A stretch of 64,000 bases of DNA from Saccostrea cucullata (Eukaryota), in contig NW_026921546.1 of assembly GCF_032062105.1 (NCBI RefSeq), positions 62,001 through 126,000 on the forward strand, read 5' to 3'. The stretch's first letter is position 1. The number at the start of each line of letters is the position of its first letter. Shown here piece after piece: positions 22,399-35,700 of the stretch. The position numbers and the translations under genes were made by a program. The notes below the pieces were generated by a model. The model was not told where the DNA came from. It saw only the letters and a program-made list of their open reading frames with translations, and searched no databases.

Positions 22399-23410
22399 AG
22401 AGCATGCTCTACGTATGAACAATTTCTTAAACGAGGTAAATTATTGACAAGCAAGTTGATGAAACAAGAATATCAACAGTCTCGTTTAAAGTCATCATTT
22501 CGTAAATTCTATGGTCGATACAATGACCTTGTCAGCAAATACAATTTATCATTGAGTCAAATGCTGACTGACGTTTTTCATACCGATTGTTAGTCCATTA
22601 TTTATACACTGAATTGACTACGGATTTTTCCCGTTATTTCCTGATCATGACAACGAGCACACGGCGGGTGTGACCGGTCGGCAGGGGATGCTCACTCCTC
22701 CATGGCACCTGATCCCACCTCTGATGTTTCGGAGGTCTGTGTTTGCTCTGCTCTTATTTTGTATATTGTTTAATGGACGTTGAGATTGAATACTGTTCGT
22801 TATCTCCATATCCTTCTTTTACCCTTTTTAAATCATAAAACTAATAATATTGAATGTTGAATAAAGAAAATCACAATCCAGCTATAGGAAAATGTGATTA
22901 CTTTAATATGTCAATCGTCAACTTCCCTTACTTATTCAGCAATATACCTTCATCACCTTCAAACGGAGTTTATATCTCTTTATGGATTCGATACACAAGA
23001 GCATGCTCTACGTGTGTGTTTAATTTTTAAAACGAGGTAAATTTTTGACAATCAGATTGATGAAACAAGAATATCAGTAGTTAGTTTTAAATCATCATTT
23101 CGTAAGTTCTAAGGTCGATACATTGACTTGTCAGCAAATACAATTTCTCATTGAGTCAAATGCCGAATGACGTTTTTCGTACTGATTTGTCAATTCAATA
23201 TTTATACGCTGAATTGACAACGTATTTTCCGTTATTTCGCGATCATGACAAGGAGTGCAGGGCGAGTGTGACAGGTGGGCAGAGGATTCTTACTCTTCCG
23301 TGGCACCTGATCCCAACTCTGATGTTTTGGAGTTCTATGTTCGATCTGCTTCCATTTTGTGACGTTTAATGGACTTTTGAACTTGAATACTGTTCGTAAT
23401 CTCTTTATGA
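22399..23410 (+). mobile_element. Two tandem Penelope-like (Naiad) 3' ends (22399-22817 well preserved; ~22890-23410)
   Basis: RACSTYEQFLKRGKLLTSKLMKQEYQQSRLKSSFRKFYGRYNDLVSKYNLSLSQMLTDVFHTDC* followed by the complete 3' UTR, then a second more diverged copy. Confidence 0.9.
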
Positions 23411-24951
23411 TTCACTTACTTAATTACATGTACTTGATAATTACACAGAAATTCTTTAAACATTCCGGTAAAAGCTGCCATGCTGAGAAATAAAATAACA
23501 TGTCTTAATGCTTAAAAAATCCTCAAATTGACAACAGGACATATTTGTTCACAGTAAAAATACAATGATATTAGGGTCATTGGGTACAATGCGCCAATTA
23601 AGTGCATGCATTTTACCTTAAAGCCTAATACATTGAAGAAAATAACAAATTTACTTTCAAATGATTCTTCAATTTTAAATTTGAGGAAAAGAAGAAGGAA
23701 TTGAATTTCTGAAGACATAAATGTGTGTGTCACTAGGAATAAATGGGAAAAAAGTAACAATTTTCTGTGGTAATCCTAAATGCTACAATATAATAATGTT
23801 TTTATATGAAGATATTTTAATATTTTTTATACACTGTAGTTTGGATGGCGTTAACTAAATATACTAAATATACATCTGGCATTTCAAATCATCAGATGCA
23901 AATATAAACATGCTGTTCCAATCATGCAATTTATATCAAATTTAACAGTTACTGCTGTTATCAGCAGCTCGCGATTAAATGCTAGTTGGTACATATACGA
24001 TTTTTGCGTGTTCTTCACTTTAGTCTGGTGCTTAAATTTGAATGATTTTAATTATATACAGCACATGCAGCAGGAGACCCATAAATCTGGGATCCTGGAA
24101 ATCGAACCAAAGGAGTACGATGAAACCAGATGAGGTGTTCTGGAAATTTTGTTTCGTGGTTATTTTATGTTACAGCTCTAACTAGTCAGCATATTTGAAT
24201 TTTCTTTTTTGAATACTAGTATAAAAAATATTTTGTCTGAAGATTATATGTAAACTCTATATAAATGTTGAAGATAAAATCAGTTACATTTTTTGTAAAA
24301 TATATATATATATCTTCTTTGAAAGGAATGTTTGTGCATTTATTTTATTTGTGAAACAAATATATCTTAAGCTTACATGTAACATTACAAACACTGGACC
24401 TAAAGGTATACAATTACACGATCTGATCTCCAGTATAATACTATAGTCATTATCTTTAGTGTCCATTGCTGTCTTTAAGTCCTATACAAGACTGTACGAT
24501 TATATCGCTCATCTGAAAGTCAGTTTTACTTCCTACCTCAGTGTAATCGTATTCTCAGCAATTCAATGTTTTTAAAGTCAATTAAGTACTTTTAATCTAA
24601 AATGTTAAGATATGCACAATGTCCAGAGGTATCTGTTTTGAATTAAACATTTCAGATAGTCTTTACGTCTGCAAGGAATTGAAAAGAAATAAATTAACAT
24701 CTTTAAAAGTCATTATTAATAATTCAATTTAAACGTAAGAAAGATGCACTGAGTTCTGCATTTTTGCGATTTTTTACGACTTAATATATTTAGATTTATG
24801 TTCAATTTCAAAGGTTTGATAAACACATAGTGTACATCTCACCTATTTTCATATTCAAACCAAGCGTATCCTAACGTGCAAGAGAAATGATCGGCGGCAG
24901 GGGCCAGTCCAGGGATTGACACATCACTGAGCTAGGCTTCTGCACAGAAGC

Positions 24952-27872
24952 ATGGCGAACTCTCTGATCTGTCTGGTCTTGGTTATGTCTGTGTACTTCC
25001 TGGGGTCCATAGAATGTTCTTGTAAAATGTACACGGAAGGAGCAGAAGGGTATAACGTGGTGAGAGATGACAAAGGAGGTAAGTCTATAAAGTACATCTC
25101 GTAAAACTCACATAGGATAGGGCTTCTCTGGGAAAAAATCTCTTTTATTTCTGTTACATGAAATAGGTTTATTTTATCAAAATGAGATGAGATTCAAAAA
25201 AAATTTTGTTCATCGAAAGTATTTAATTGTCACTATATTACGAAAACAAACATGTATTTTTTACATTACTTTTTATTTTATAATGCAATGTTTTAAACAT
25301 TGTTGGTTTATATCAATACATTACTTATGACGATTTACAAGCACAATGGTAAAATCTTCATCTGTTTTTTATTTATGTGAAATGGTTTTAATTTTTATAC
25401 TTCATTGCAAGATCATAAAGTTGCAACGAGACTGATTTTTCTGAAGTTTACGGATATATAATATGTGAGTGAAGATGTAAAAAGAAGTATGGTATACATG
25501 AAAATCCTAAGACAGAGGCTGATACATAAAAAATCTGTTATTTAAAGTAGTGTTAATTATTATCCCATAAAGTATTCAGTTTAACAATCGAATTCAACAA
25601 AAACACAATGAATAGTGCATTAATTTGCTGGGTTTTGATAGATAATGCAGAGGTCAAATGAGACGCAATCAGTGATTTTTCACTGAAAAAAAGAGAATAA
25701 TATTTGCATATGTGCATTTTGAATCTCGTGGGAAAACTAAATCTGAGATCTTAACTGCCTGTATATAACAATTGATTTTTATAAGGGTAAACATTCAATA
25801 AATCTTTTAATCATTTTAAAACTTTGCTTTGGTAAAGAAATAATAGATTAGAAATAACTTAGAGTCTGCTAAACGTCTCTCAATTCAACATATATTACAT
25901 AGACTTTGCAGAAAAATATCAAAATAAGAATGACCATTTCCTCGAATATCATATTTCTTAACCAGTGTCCCTTATTTTTGCTTGAAATTTATTTTATGAA
26001 GTTTCATTAAGGCCAATTTGGGGTCAAACGTATCCTTGAAAAATCTTTCAATATTAAAGGAATGCTGATTTTATACAAATAACATCATTTAACACTGACA
26101 TACAGAGCAAATGATTTTTTTACAAGCATAATAAATTTGAATAAGACAAAAACTCCCTTTTTTCAGACTTATTCCTTTTGTATATCTTGACATTAGGTTT
26201 TATCAAAGTCGGTGACAATTAATAATTCTAGTCCCCGTGAGGTAAACTCCTCTGATAAGAAAACGGACAGCGCGCCAAGTGAAACTCTGATGAAGACGAA
26301 TGATAATTAATAGTGTTGTTAAAACTTCAGAGATGGGCTATTTGGGCAATGTAAAGTGAGAAATAGCGTCTGTGAAGGTGCAAACAACAAAAAGGCAATA
26401 TCCATTAACTTAATACTTATCTATACATTGAAGCAGCTCACAACCAACAACATTCTGTATAAATATGTGTAATGCTACTTTTTTGATGCTTTTATTTAAT
26501 AAAAGCGAACGTATGTTATGCATGTAAATGTAGTTTATAAGCTTCATCATAACTGATTTGCCATTGGCCCTAGAGCATTATATCAAAGGCTATAAAATAG
26601 AAACTACCTGTAGTTCTCCACTAAACATCCTCTTTATCTGGCAGAAGTCTTAATTGTTTGTGGGTGTGCTCTAAATAATCTTTTGACACAAGCTTTTCAT
26701 AATGGTCATTAAAGTTCTGAACAAAAGACAAAAAGTTAATAGATTTTATTCTCCAACCAACAGGGACCTTTTAAATAGCGAGATTTGTCCTGGTAGAAAA
26801 ATCATAAGATTACACATGTATCTCATTGGGATAAAAAAGTTAACCATTATTCTGTTTTTCCAGTGAAGTTATGTATTTACGTGGACGAGGCTGGGAGAAG
26901 TGTGGAGATAAAAGTTAATAGTACTCACCGCCACCCCACAGACTGCGAGGACTGCACCTGTCAGCCCTCGGGGGACCTACACTGCTGTATGTAAGTATAC
27001 AGAGGGGGCACCTGTCAGTCCTCCGGGGGTCTACACTGCTGTATGTAGGTAAACAGTGGAGAGAAGAATGAAGGTTACTGATGCTGTAACTCTCGATACA
27101 AAATCAAAGTTGAGTGTTATCGCCATCATTTTAAATTAATATAAGAAGCCAACTCATCATTTTACTTCTTAACAAAATACATGAAATTCAATCTCGTATT
27201 CAATCTGATTAAAATCATATGCTCGATCCGCTCCTTTTTTTTTTTTTTTTTGTTTTTGGTTTGTTTTGTCGTTGTTGGTGTCGTCGCTACACGAGGTAGC
27301 GACAATTAAAAAAAAAGGAACGGATCGAGGATATGATTTTAATCAGATTACTCTCGTATTATGATATTTAACGTTAAAGAGTATTATAACAAAGATTCAT
27401 AGTGCACGATAAAAACTAAACGTAAAAATTAATAACGTATCTCTTGTTGACGCGTTCTAACAATTACAACTCTATCTTTGAATAATGTTGTCTTTATTTT
27501 GAAATTCCCAATGCAATGATGCTTTATGTTTTTGTCATATAATAATTATTAATATTCTTGTTTCCTGATAGGTATGGAGTTAAGGCTGGTAAAATATTAT
27601 ATCCCTCGACCTGTACACTAGTTAAAGTCGGCAACTGTGATCACAAACTTGTTTTAAAATCTGACGAGAAAACCCCCTGCCTACAGGGACCAATTTACCC
27701 TCCCTCTACAACAGTATCGGTTCATTCCGATACCCAAGTCTCCAATCAAAGCACTCCCACAGGTTTACAACGAGATCCGAAATCACAAGGAGGGGGCGGG
27801 GCAGCGGAGTCCCTCAGGTGTTTCCCGCCATTTGTGTTGCTTTTTGGTATTATGTCTGTAATTTTGTATTAG
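24952..27872 (+). CDS. Beta-microseminoprotein (MSMB/PSP94)-like protein, copy 3, with Ser/Thr stalk and predicted GPI-anchor signal
   Basis: Exons 24952-25078, 26864-26990, 27572-27872 (phases 1, 2). Signal peptide; SC...LC...TDCEDCTCQPSGDLHCC...STC...GNCDHKLVLKSDEKTPC; tail GGGGAAESLRCFPPFVLLFGIMSVILY*; AATAAA ~27965. Confidence 0.88.
27201..27351. mobile_element. Small foldback MITE with 9-bp TSD (Mutator-like)
   Basis: TIR AATCTGATTAAAATCATAT.CTCGATCCG.TCCTTTT; TSD TCTCGTATT at 27192-27200 and 27352-27360. Confidence 0.85.
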
Positions 27873-28793
27873 ATTTCTTTTTACTTCTGTATTGTAATTG
27901 ATAAATTTTGTTCGCTTTTTTTAAATCTATGATACAGATGCATTCGATTTTGATAATGTTTTTGAATAAATATGTATAGTTTTTTAATGTTTAAAAGACA
28001 TAAAATATGAACAAAATCTTTAGTTTGTATACTTATATTTAGGAAAATATACACATAATTCTAATTTTTGTTGAAAGGAAAAATGATAATTTTTTTATTA
28101 GATTTGAATGATGGTTTTATCATATTATATAAATAGATGTACCTTTACTGCAATATGCTGTTTAAATGATCAAATGATATTGTATATAAATCACCTTTAA
28201 CCTTTTGTTGTATATATTAGGATTTTAAAAATTACAATTATTATTGTTAATACGTTTCATTTCCATGGCTAGATAAATTTAACGACAAAGATTTGATAAT
28301 TTATAAACATGATAAAGAATGATTTGATAATTTTGTCATAATTCACTTATTATTTGTAGCTTTTTCATATAAAAAAAATTGTGAGTTATGAAAGAGATTT
28401 GTTGTTTTATTTTTGTACTTTGTGAATTGTTTTTATTTTACATACCGTATGATAAATGAGTTTTATTACCCTGGTATTCTAGGATATCTTTAAATATATA
28501 GAATAACACTTGAAGCACAATATAGAAGTAAAAAACAACCCTCAATTGTTAATGTCAACTTTGTGAAGTTTTATGTCCAGAAGAAATATATTAGCCATAA
28601 AAAAGACGATATTCAAATTTGCTGCCTATGCCCATGCTTATATGTACATGTATAATTGTATTTTCAATTTAATGCAAGTAAGGTCCCGACAGCTTCGATA
28701 CTATTTTTCATATTAGAAAGTTAATACAAAAGCAGATGAAAAAATCCCTGAAAGCTTCTTTCATTGAGGATATAATGCATATTAAATAAAAAT

Positions 28794-28852
28794 TAAAATC
28801 AAAAGAAAGATCATATTATATAATATATAATATGATCTTTCTTTTGATTTTA
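28794..28852. repeat. Perfect 59-bp palindrome (29-bp arms, 1-nt spacer)
   Basis: TAAAATCAAAAGAAAGATCATATTATATA-A-TATATAATATGATCTTTCTTTTGATTTTA. Confidence 0.95.
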
Positions 28853-29309
28853 TATTATGTTTTCGCCTTTTAATACAATTCTAGTGTAATAATAAAGATA
28901 AGCTAAAATATCAAATAGTATGTGCTATTTTTTTCATTCCTAAAATACTCTAGGATTCATTATGAAAATAAAATAAATATTATAAATTATAACAGTAGCA
29001 AGACTTCACATAGTATAATTTCACCAAGTAAAAAAAACCTCCGGCCTTTCACACGGAAAATTATCAAAAAACAATCGAGTTGAGGAGAGAAAAATATTGT
29101 GTGTATTCAATGACGTTTGTTTAAATAAAAAATTAGATTTAAAATTTTAAGTGTAGATTTTTATTAAAGAACTCAGATTTCATTAGAATTTGAAATTCAT
29201 TTCGTTGTGGTACGTTAAAATCGACAAACTCTCTCTCTCTCTCTCTCTCTAGAACTCCAGAACTTAAAAGATCCATTGTAATCATACCTGACATTCCCAG
29301 TGACTGTGA

Positions 29310-29930
29310 AAATATAGATACCACAGAGTCTGACGTGTCTCTTTTTTACTTGAATACTGTAAACCAACTTTTAATTGCGACGACTTTACTTCGCGATTTA
29401 CTAGTTTGGTTTACAGTATGTTACCAGAAAGAGACGTTAGTGATAACGTAAAAACAAAGCTAATTGTGAAAAACGTGATGACTTTAACTATTCAATCATC
29501 AACTTCTCTTACCTATGCAGCAATATACCTTCATCACCTGCAGATGAGGATTTATATTTCTTAGCTTAATCTATAAGAAAGAGCATGCTCGATGTATGGT
29601 AAAAAAGTTTGATACGAGGTCAGCAATTGCCAAACAAGTTGATGAAACACGAATATCAACAGTCTCGTTAAACGTCGTCATTTCGTATGGTTCTAAGGTC
29701 AAAACAACGACCTTGTCAACAAATACAGTGTATCACAATGTAAAATACTAAATGACGATTTTCCTACTAACTATTAAGCCATTATTTACACACTGAATTG
29801 TCTGTCTACAGTTTTTCCCGAATGTTTCCTGATCATGACACGGATCACAGGCTGGTGGGATCGGTCTCTTGTGATACTCACTCCTCGAGAAATCCGATTC
29901 AACATCTGTTGTTTAATAGGACCGTTTCAA
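29310..29930 (+). mobile_element. Degenerate Penelope-like 3' fragment with a nested 64-bp TACTGTA..TACAGTA MITE (29355-29418)
   Basis: GATACCACAGAGTCTGAC (DTTESD) through to the 3' UTR; nested TACTGTAAACCAA...TTGGTTTACAGTA; (CT)n just upstream at ~29230. Confidence 0.75.
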
Positions 29931-30476
29931 TTCATCCTTTTTATAAGTTTTAAGAAGTGTACTCATCAAGCATTATTTCGTTGATCTAAAAATTTATAGA
30001 CTTTTTTCACAAACAATGAAAGATAACTCCTGAAGCAAAATTCAGAAAAAAATTCCTTAATTATGTCAGAATAATAGAACTTGTCAATTGTATTTGATTC
30101 AACTTCATTGTATGATTTCGTTCTATACATGTTTTCGTGGTATTTTAACTTTTGATTTTCAGAACGGCTTATCTCTGTTTATAATAAAGGACAGACCTTT
30201 GGATGTTTCCTGAAAAATACAAAGCATTTTGCCAATGCAAAAAAAAAAAAATAAAATAGAATAAAATCAGTAAATTAATCGAGCAAAATTAGCTTTTTTA
30301 CAGTATGCTTAATACAAGTTTATTCGACGTGATGACCATCTATTTTACTATATTTTCTGTACAAGAAATTACAATAATATAATTATATAAAATATTACTT
30401 AAAAAATGTTTAATGATTGACAATTTTAGCATTTAGCATGTGGTTGATGTAATTTGTATATTCTCTTCAATCTTAA

Positions 30477-31133
30477 GGATATCCGATCCTCAGCCAGGAA
30501 GGATAACTCCAAAAATTAATATATAATTTGAAATGCATCAAAATGAAGCTTGAAAATGACAGTTTTTCATGCAACAATTTTCATTTTATCGATCTTTATA
30601 AGATTGGTTTTTGGAAGTCTTAGAAAAGTTAACATTTGTACCCTAAAAAAGGAAAAAAAAATAATACAGTTTTAGAGAAATAAGATGTTCTTGAATTCAG
30701 CCTTAGATATCAATGCTTATTAGCATGATATGAAATAAGAAGTGATTTGTGGTGTCTTTTAATGATAGCAAAAGTCTTTCACACTATGTATTATAGAATA
30801 CATGATGGAAATAGAAAACAGAAAATACCAAATAAGTATGAAACTCATGACAATTTCTCTGAATGCCTGGATGCCTACAATTTTTTTTTTACCTAAAACA
30901 TATTTGTTGATCAATTTGCAATTAGAAAATGCATTGCTGTTATTTCAATTCCCCTCTTTGGAAAAAATATTGGAAATTTGACAATTTTCCCTATATAATA
31001 TTATATACTTTAATTTGAAACTTTAAAGAAATGCTGTGGATAAATTTACATAACTTTGTGGATTTAGAAATACTTTTATGAGTATTTTTGATTACTTAAC
31101 TGCTAATTTTATAAACCTGAGGATCGGACTACC
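30477..31133. mobile_element. Non-autonomous Kolobok-like DNA transposon
   Basis: TTAA|GG...TCCGATCCTCAG ... CTGAGGATCGGA...CC|TTAA: TTAA TSD with purine-purine termini. Confidence 0.8.
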
Positions 31134-31974
31134 TTAAATTAACATTGTAATTTTGTTTTTCTTTGGATAATAGAGCTAAACAATTCAAAAAAGGTCATAC
31201 TTAAAATCAAACGTGTAGAAAAAAATGTTTTAAGCGGTCAAAGGACTATTTTCAAAAGAACGGATACAAAGACAAAATTGTTATAATCTATTAGCCAAGA
31301 GAATGCTATAGTATTAAAGTCGTCATGTTTAATATTGTTTGTATTATGGTGAAAAAATTAATTTATCACATAGGTATCATTTTATAAATATCTTTCGTTA
31401 CCTTGTTAAACAATTAATTTCACATTGTTACAATGTGAGCTTAATTTGTGCTTGAAACCATGTTATATTTAAGAGAGCGCTGAACTGTACTTATAATTTA
31501 ATAAACTTAAAAAGTGCTGTTGCTCTCCCAAAATCGAGGTTATTATTTAATAAATGAATACAATATATACTTTATGAAGGTCACACATATTTCAACTAGA
31601 ACTACATAACATGAAAGCATTTATCATAAACAAATGGAAATTCTATTTAAAACAGTCGCACTTTTTACATGTAGGAAGTACAATGTGTATGGAAATTTAC
31701 ATCTTAAAATTTGAAATTTTAATAGGGTATATGCCTTTGCAATATTGAATTTTTTGTATGACCTACATGTACTACACATTATGTATATTTATCACGTGAC
31801 TTTGTGTTGACCAAACTAGATTCAATATATAGTGGATATACAATGTTATTGCGATATTAAAGTCATCTGGTACATAAAATAAAATAGCGTAGCAAAAATA
31901 AATCAGCATTTCAAAGGTAAGTATCTATTTGTATATTTTGTATATTTTTCGTTGATTTTTTCATAGTATGCCTT

Positions 31975-32700
31975 AACAGTGCTGCATTTCTGCGACCTTC
32001 AACTCAACATTTAGATATATCGACGTCGCATTGTCCATTAACAATGGTTATTTCGATTCCTATGTCGATGCAATATATCCCGGTGAGCTTGAGATAAATG
32101 ATACCACAGAATCTGACAAATTTGCTTCATATCTGAATATTTTACTTGAAAAGACGTTAATGGTTATCTAGAAACCGAGCTTTATGATGAATGAGATGAC
32201 TTTAACTTTTTCAATCGTGAACTTCCCCTACTTAAGCAGCATCACCTGCATACAGGGTTTATATCTCTCCGTAGATTTGATACACAAGAGCATGCTCTGC
32301 ATATATGCAATTCCAAAACGCGGTAAATTATAGACAAACAAGTTGAAACAAGAATTTCAGCAGTTTCGTTTAAAGTCATCATTTCGTAAGTTCTATGATC
32401 GATCTTATGACCTTGTCAACAAATACAATTTATCATTGAGTTAAATGATGTCTGTTTTTTTTTTATACTTTTTGTAAGGCATTTTTTTTATATGTTGAAT
32501 TGACGAACAATTTTTTTCATTATTTCCCGATCATGACAAGGAGCACACGGTGGGTGTGACCGGTCGGCGGGAGATGTTTACTCCTCCATGGCACCTGATC
32601 CCACCTCTGATGTTTAAAAGGTCCGTGTTTGCTCCTATTTGTATTATTTCAGTTGACGTTTTGGCTTGAATGCTGTTCATTTTCTCAATATGTTTCATTC
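31975..32700 (+). mobile_element. Penelope-like (Naiad) 3' fragment from RT motif C to 3' end
   Basis: TTCAACTCAACATTTAGATATATCGAC (FNSTFRYID) ... IYPGELEI ... 3' UTR GGCACCTGATCCCACCTCTGATG. Confidence 0.88.
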
Positions 32701-35700
32701 ATTCCATTTCAAATTAAAAAAAAAAAACAACACAGCCCTGATATTGATACAAAACAAGTCAGCCAAAATATGACCCAATGATATGTTATGTTTGCTTTCA
32801 AGTTCATTTGGAAACCAAGTCATTTTATATCATCGTACTGTAAATAGAAACGTCAGTGGTATTACTGGGTTAGTCAAAAGATTCACCTTTGAGAGATTCC
32901 TGAGGTAAAATAAAGAGAAATATTTTTCTTAGAAAATGATATGTGTTTACAACACTGCAGTCGATTTTCCGCGTTTAAGTATTTAACAATGAGTTAATAT
33001 TTTAACTCTACAATAAAAGTAAACAAATGGTGTAGTCAATAGCCCCGGTAACTTGAGCCTGAGTAAATAGTTCAGTTAATACCGGGGAAATTGTTTAGAT
33101 AATGAGCGGCGATGGGTAACTGTTTGACAATATTGACATTCTACGAAGAACAAAGGTCTTGTGAGAAATCTTCTAAATTAGAACAAAAAGCTGCAATTCA
33201 GAATATCAGATCCAGCTAGTTATAGGTGCAGCTGTTAAGTCAGTGACGACATTATTGTGTAATTTTAGTCCAAGATCTATAAGTATGCCTTGTTTTAAAC
33301 TCTGGGTATTTTACCAGATCTGTGTTGCTGGATACTTGTCGAGAAATCAAATCTATCTGAATTTTTAATTTTGTTTGTCAAAGGGAATCCTATGGAGAGA
33401 AACAGGTATGTCAGTTATACAGTAAAAAAGATAGAAGAAAAAAGTTATGAAAAATATTTTATGTAACTTGAATTTACACAATTTAGAATTTCTTTTAATA
33501 TCATATAAATGTTCCTCATGGAAATCAACATAATCAATTTACGCATTTAAATCATTATTTTCCAATGGTGTTATTTATTAGAGAGAAATTTATGAGAGCT
33601 TAACCATATCTTGGAAAACAAATTAATTATGATGGCACTGTACCTCGTATATTTTTTAAGACTCTTAAATGTTTTGATTCTATGTGTTCTAAGTTGAATG
33701 CTTTTTCTCGACAAAACTAATAGCTGTCGTCAAGAAATGAGATACTCGATATAAGGAACCGAAAGAAAAAAGTATTTTGATTTTTTAATTGTTAGAGAAC
33801 ATATTTCATTGGGGTTTTTTCCGACAGCAATATAAAGTAACTCTATATTTACATTTTTATTATGTTAAAAGAGTATGATAATTTTCTTTTAAAAATTCAT
33901 TTAATCCTCTAGATGAAAGATTTTTTTATCTTAAACTTGCACATAATAAATCATACTCTTTCTACATTTTGCATGAAAAGAGTATTTATCCACTTAATTT
34001 TCATAAATCATCCCAATGCATAGGAATAAATTGGATGATATGAATATCATCATCACTTTATGGAATTAAAGGTGAGAAAATTGAAAATAAAAATTAGTTT
34101 ATACAGAACTTCCGACATTTGATGACCGAAATATGGAAAAAATCTGGGTTAGCGTCCTTGACATTAAGGCAGACACTAAATCATTCATGACATAGCAGAA
34201 TAGAAAAGTCGCCCTTCTAAAATTCAACAAAAACGTTTTAAATGCGTTGTGTTTTATCAGTTTATTAATTTTCATTTTCTTCTTTTTTTTCGTCAGCATG
34301 TTTCGTTTTTCATATTATTTAAAGTTCTTTGAGTTAAGTCGGTGTATAATAATGCTGATTGATGATTTTCATACTAAATGTTAATCAATCATTTAAAAGC
34401 TGAATTTTTTTATATATTCTTTTCGAAACAAGACAAGAAACTGTGAGACCGTTTAGTCCGTTTAGTCGGGGGTGCTCACTTCCCCATGGCACCTGATCCC
34501 ACTACAGCATGTCACAGCAGTCCCGTCCTGGTTTAAGAAATTGTAAATCTATTAATAAAATTAAATTCACATGAGTTTAACTTTCTTCTTTTTGAGGAAA
34601 GCAGTTTAGCCCCCATCCCATAATTTTTCGAGGAAATATGTATATGTTATGTGTAATTAGAAAGAGAGTTTCTTTGCATGCATTTTGAATAGTTTTAGTT
34701 CTAAAAATAATTAATATTTGTAATTATAGATATTAGTATCTTTGATATCCAAAGAAGGTCATGACACACGGTGAACACATAATTGTAGAGATTGAAGAGT
34801 AAGTTTAATTTCAAATAAACACCATTACATTGTATAAAATCTCAGCACAGGTTTCCTTTTCGGGGTGCATATTTCTATCTATCAAAAGGTGTCTTACATC
34901 CGTATACATGTTATGACTTCGACAAAATCGAGAACGTTTGGTATATTATTTCAGGCCCAATGATCATAAACAGAGAACAGACTTATGTCAAAAATTAAAA
35001 TCAATAGAACTTTAAATAAAAAATAATGATACGGAAACTAAATTGCATCATTTGATGGAATTTGAATATTAAACATAACTGCAAAATTTTAAGAGCAGAT
35101 GTTAGGTAAAACTTAATTATTCAGGATCAAAATTTTGACTTAAGTCTATTCTCAGTTTATGTTCATGGGGCCTGGTATTCAATAAGTTGCATTGATTACT
35201 ATAGCTGCAAGCAATTCTTACGTACAAGATACGTGCAAATTATGAAATCTTTCTAACAAACGAGCAAAATAAAAAATTATAATCTTATAATAAAAGAAAG
35301 AAAAATGCAACTCTAGTACACACCAGCAAGTTCACAGTAACAGACATATGACAATACGTTAACCTGTTGCTTACATGACATTTTATAGAATATGTGGAAA
35401 ATGCATAATTTTGTAAGGTCGCCAGCCTGGGGCCAGATTGTGTTTTGTTACATTTGATTCCGAGGAAATCTTCTAGATAAGGTTAACCTTTTCCTACTAC
35501 TAAGAGCTTCTTGCTTACATTCAGATGTTTTTTCACTTGTGAGATCGAAGGTCCTGACTCAAACAATCCTTTTCAGGAGTATGGAGTCCAGGAAATCAAT
35601 GGATATATGAATGCCTGTTTGATCTATGATGTTTCGTTATGCTTGATCAGGCAACAGTAAATAGAAGGTGAGAAATTCTTGTTAATTAGCCAAAGCTTTA

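Noticed and set aside
26240-26305. CTGATGA as a hammerhead ribozyme core
   Set aside because: No downstream GAAA with a closing stem II and no flanking helices
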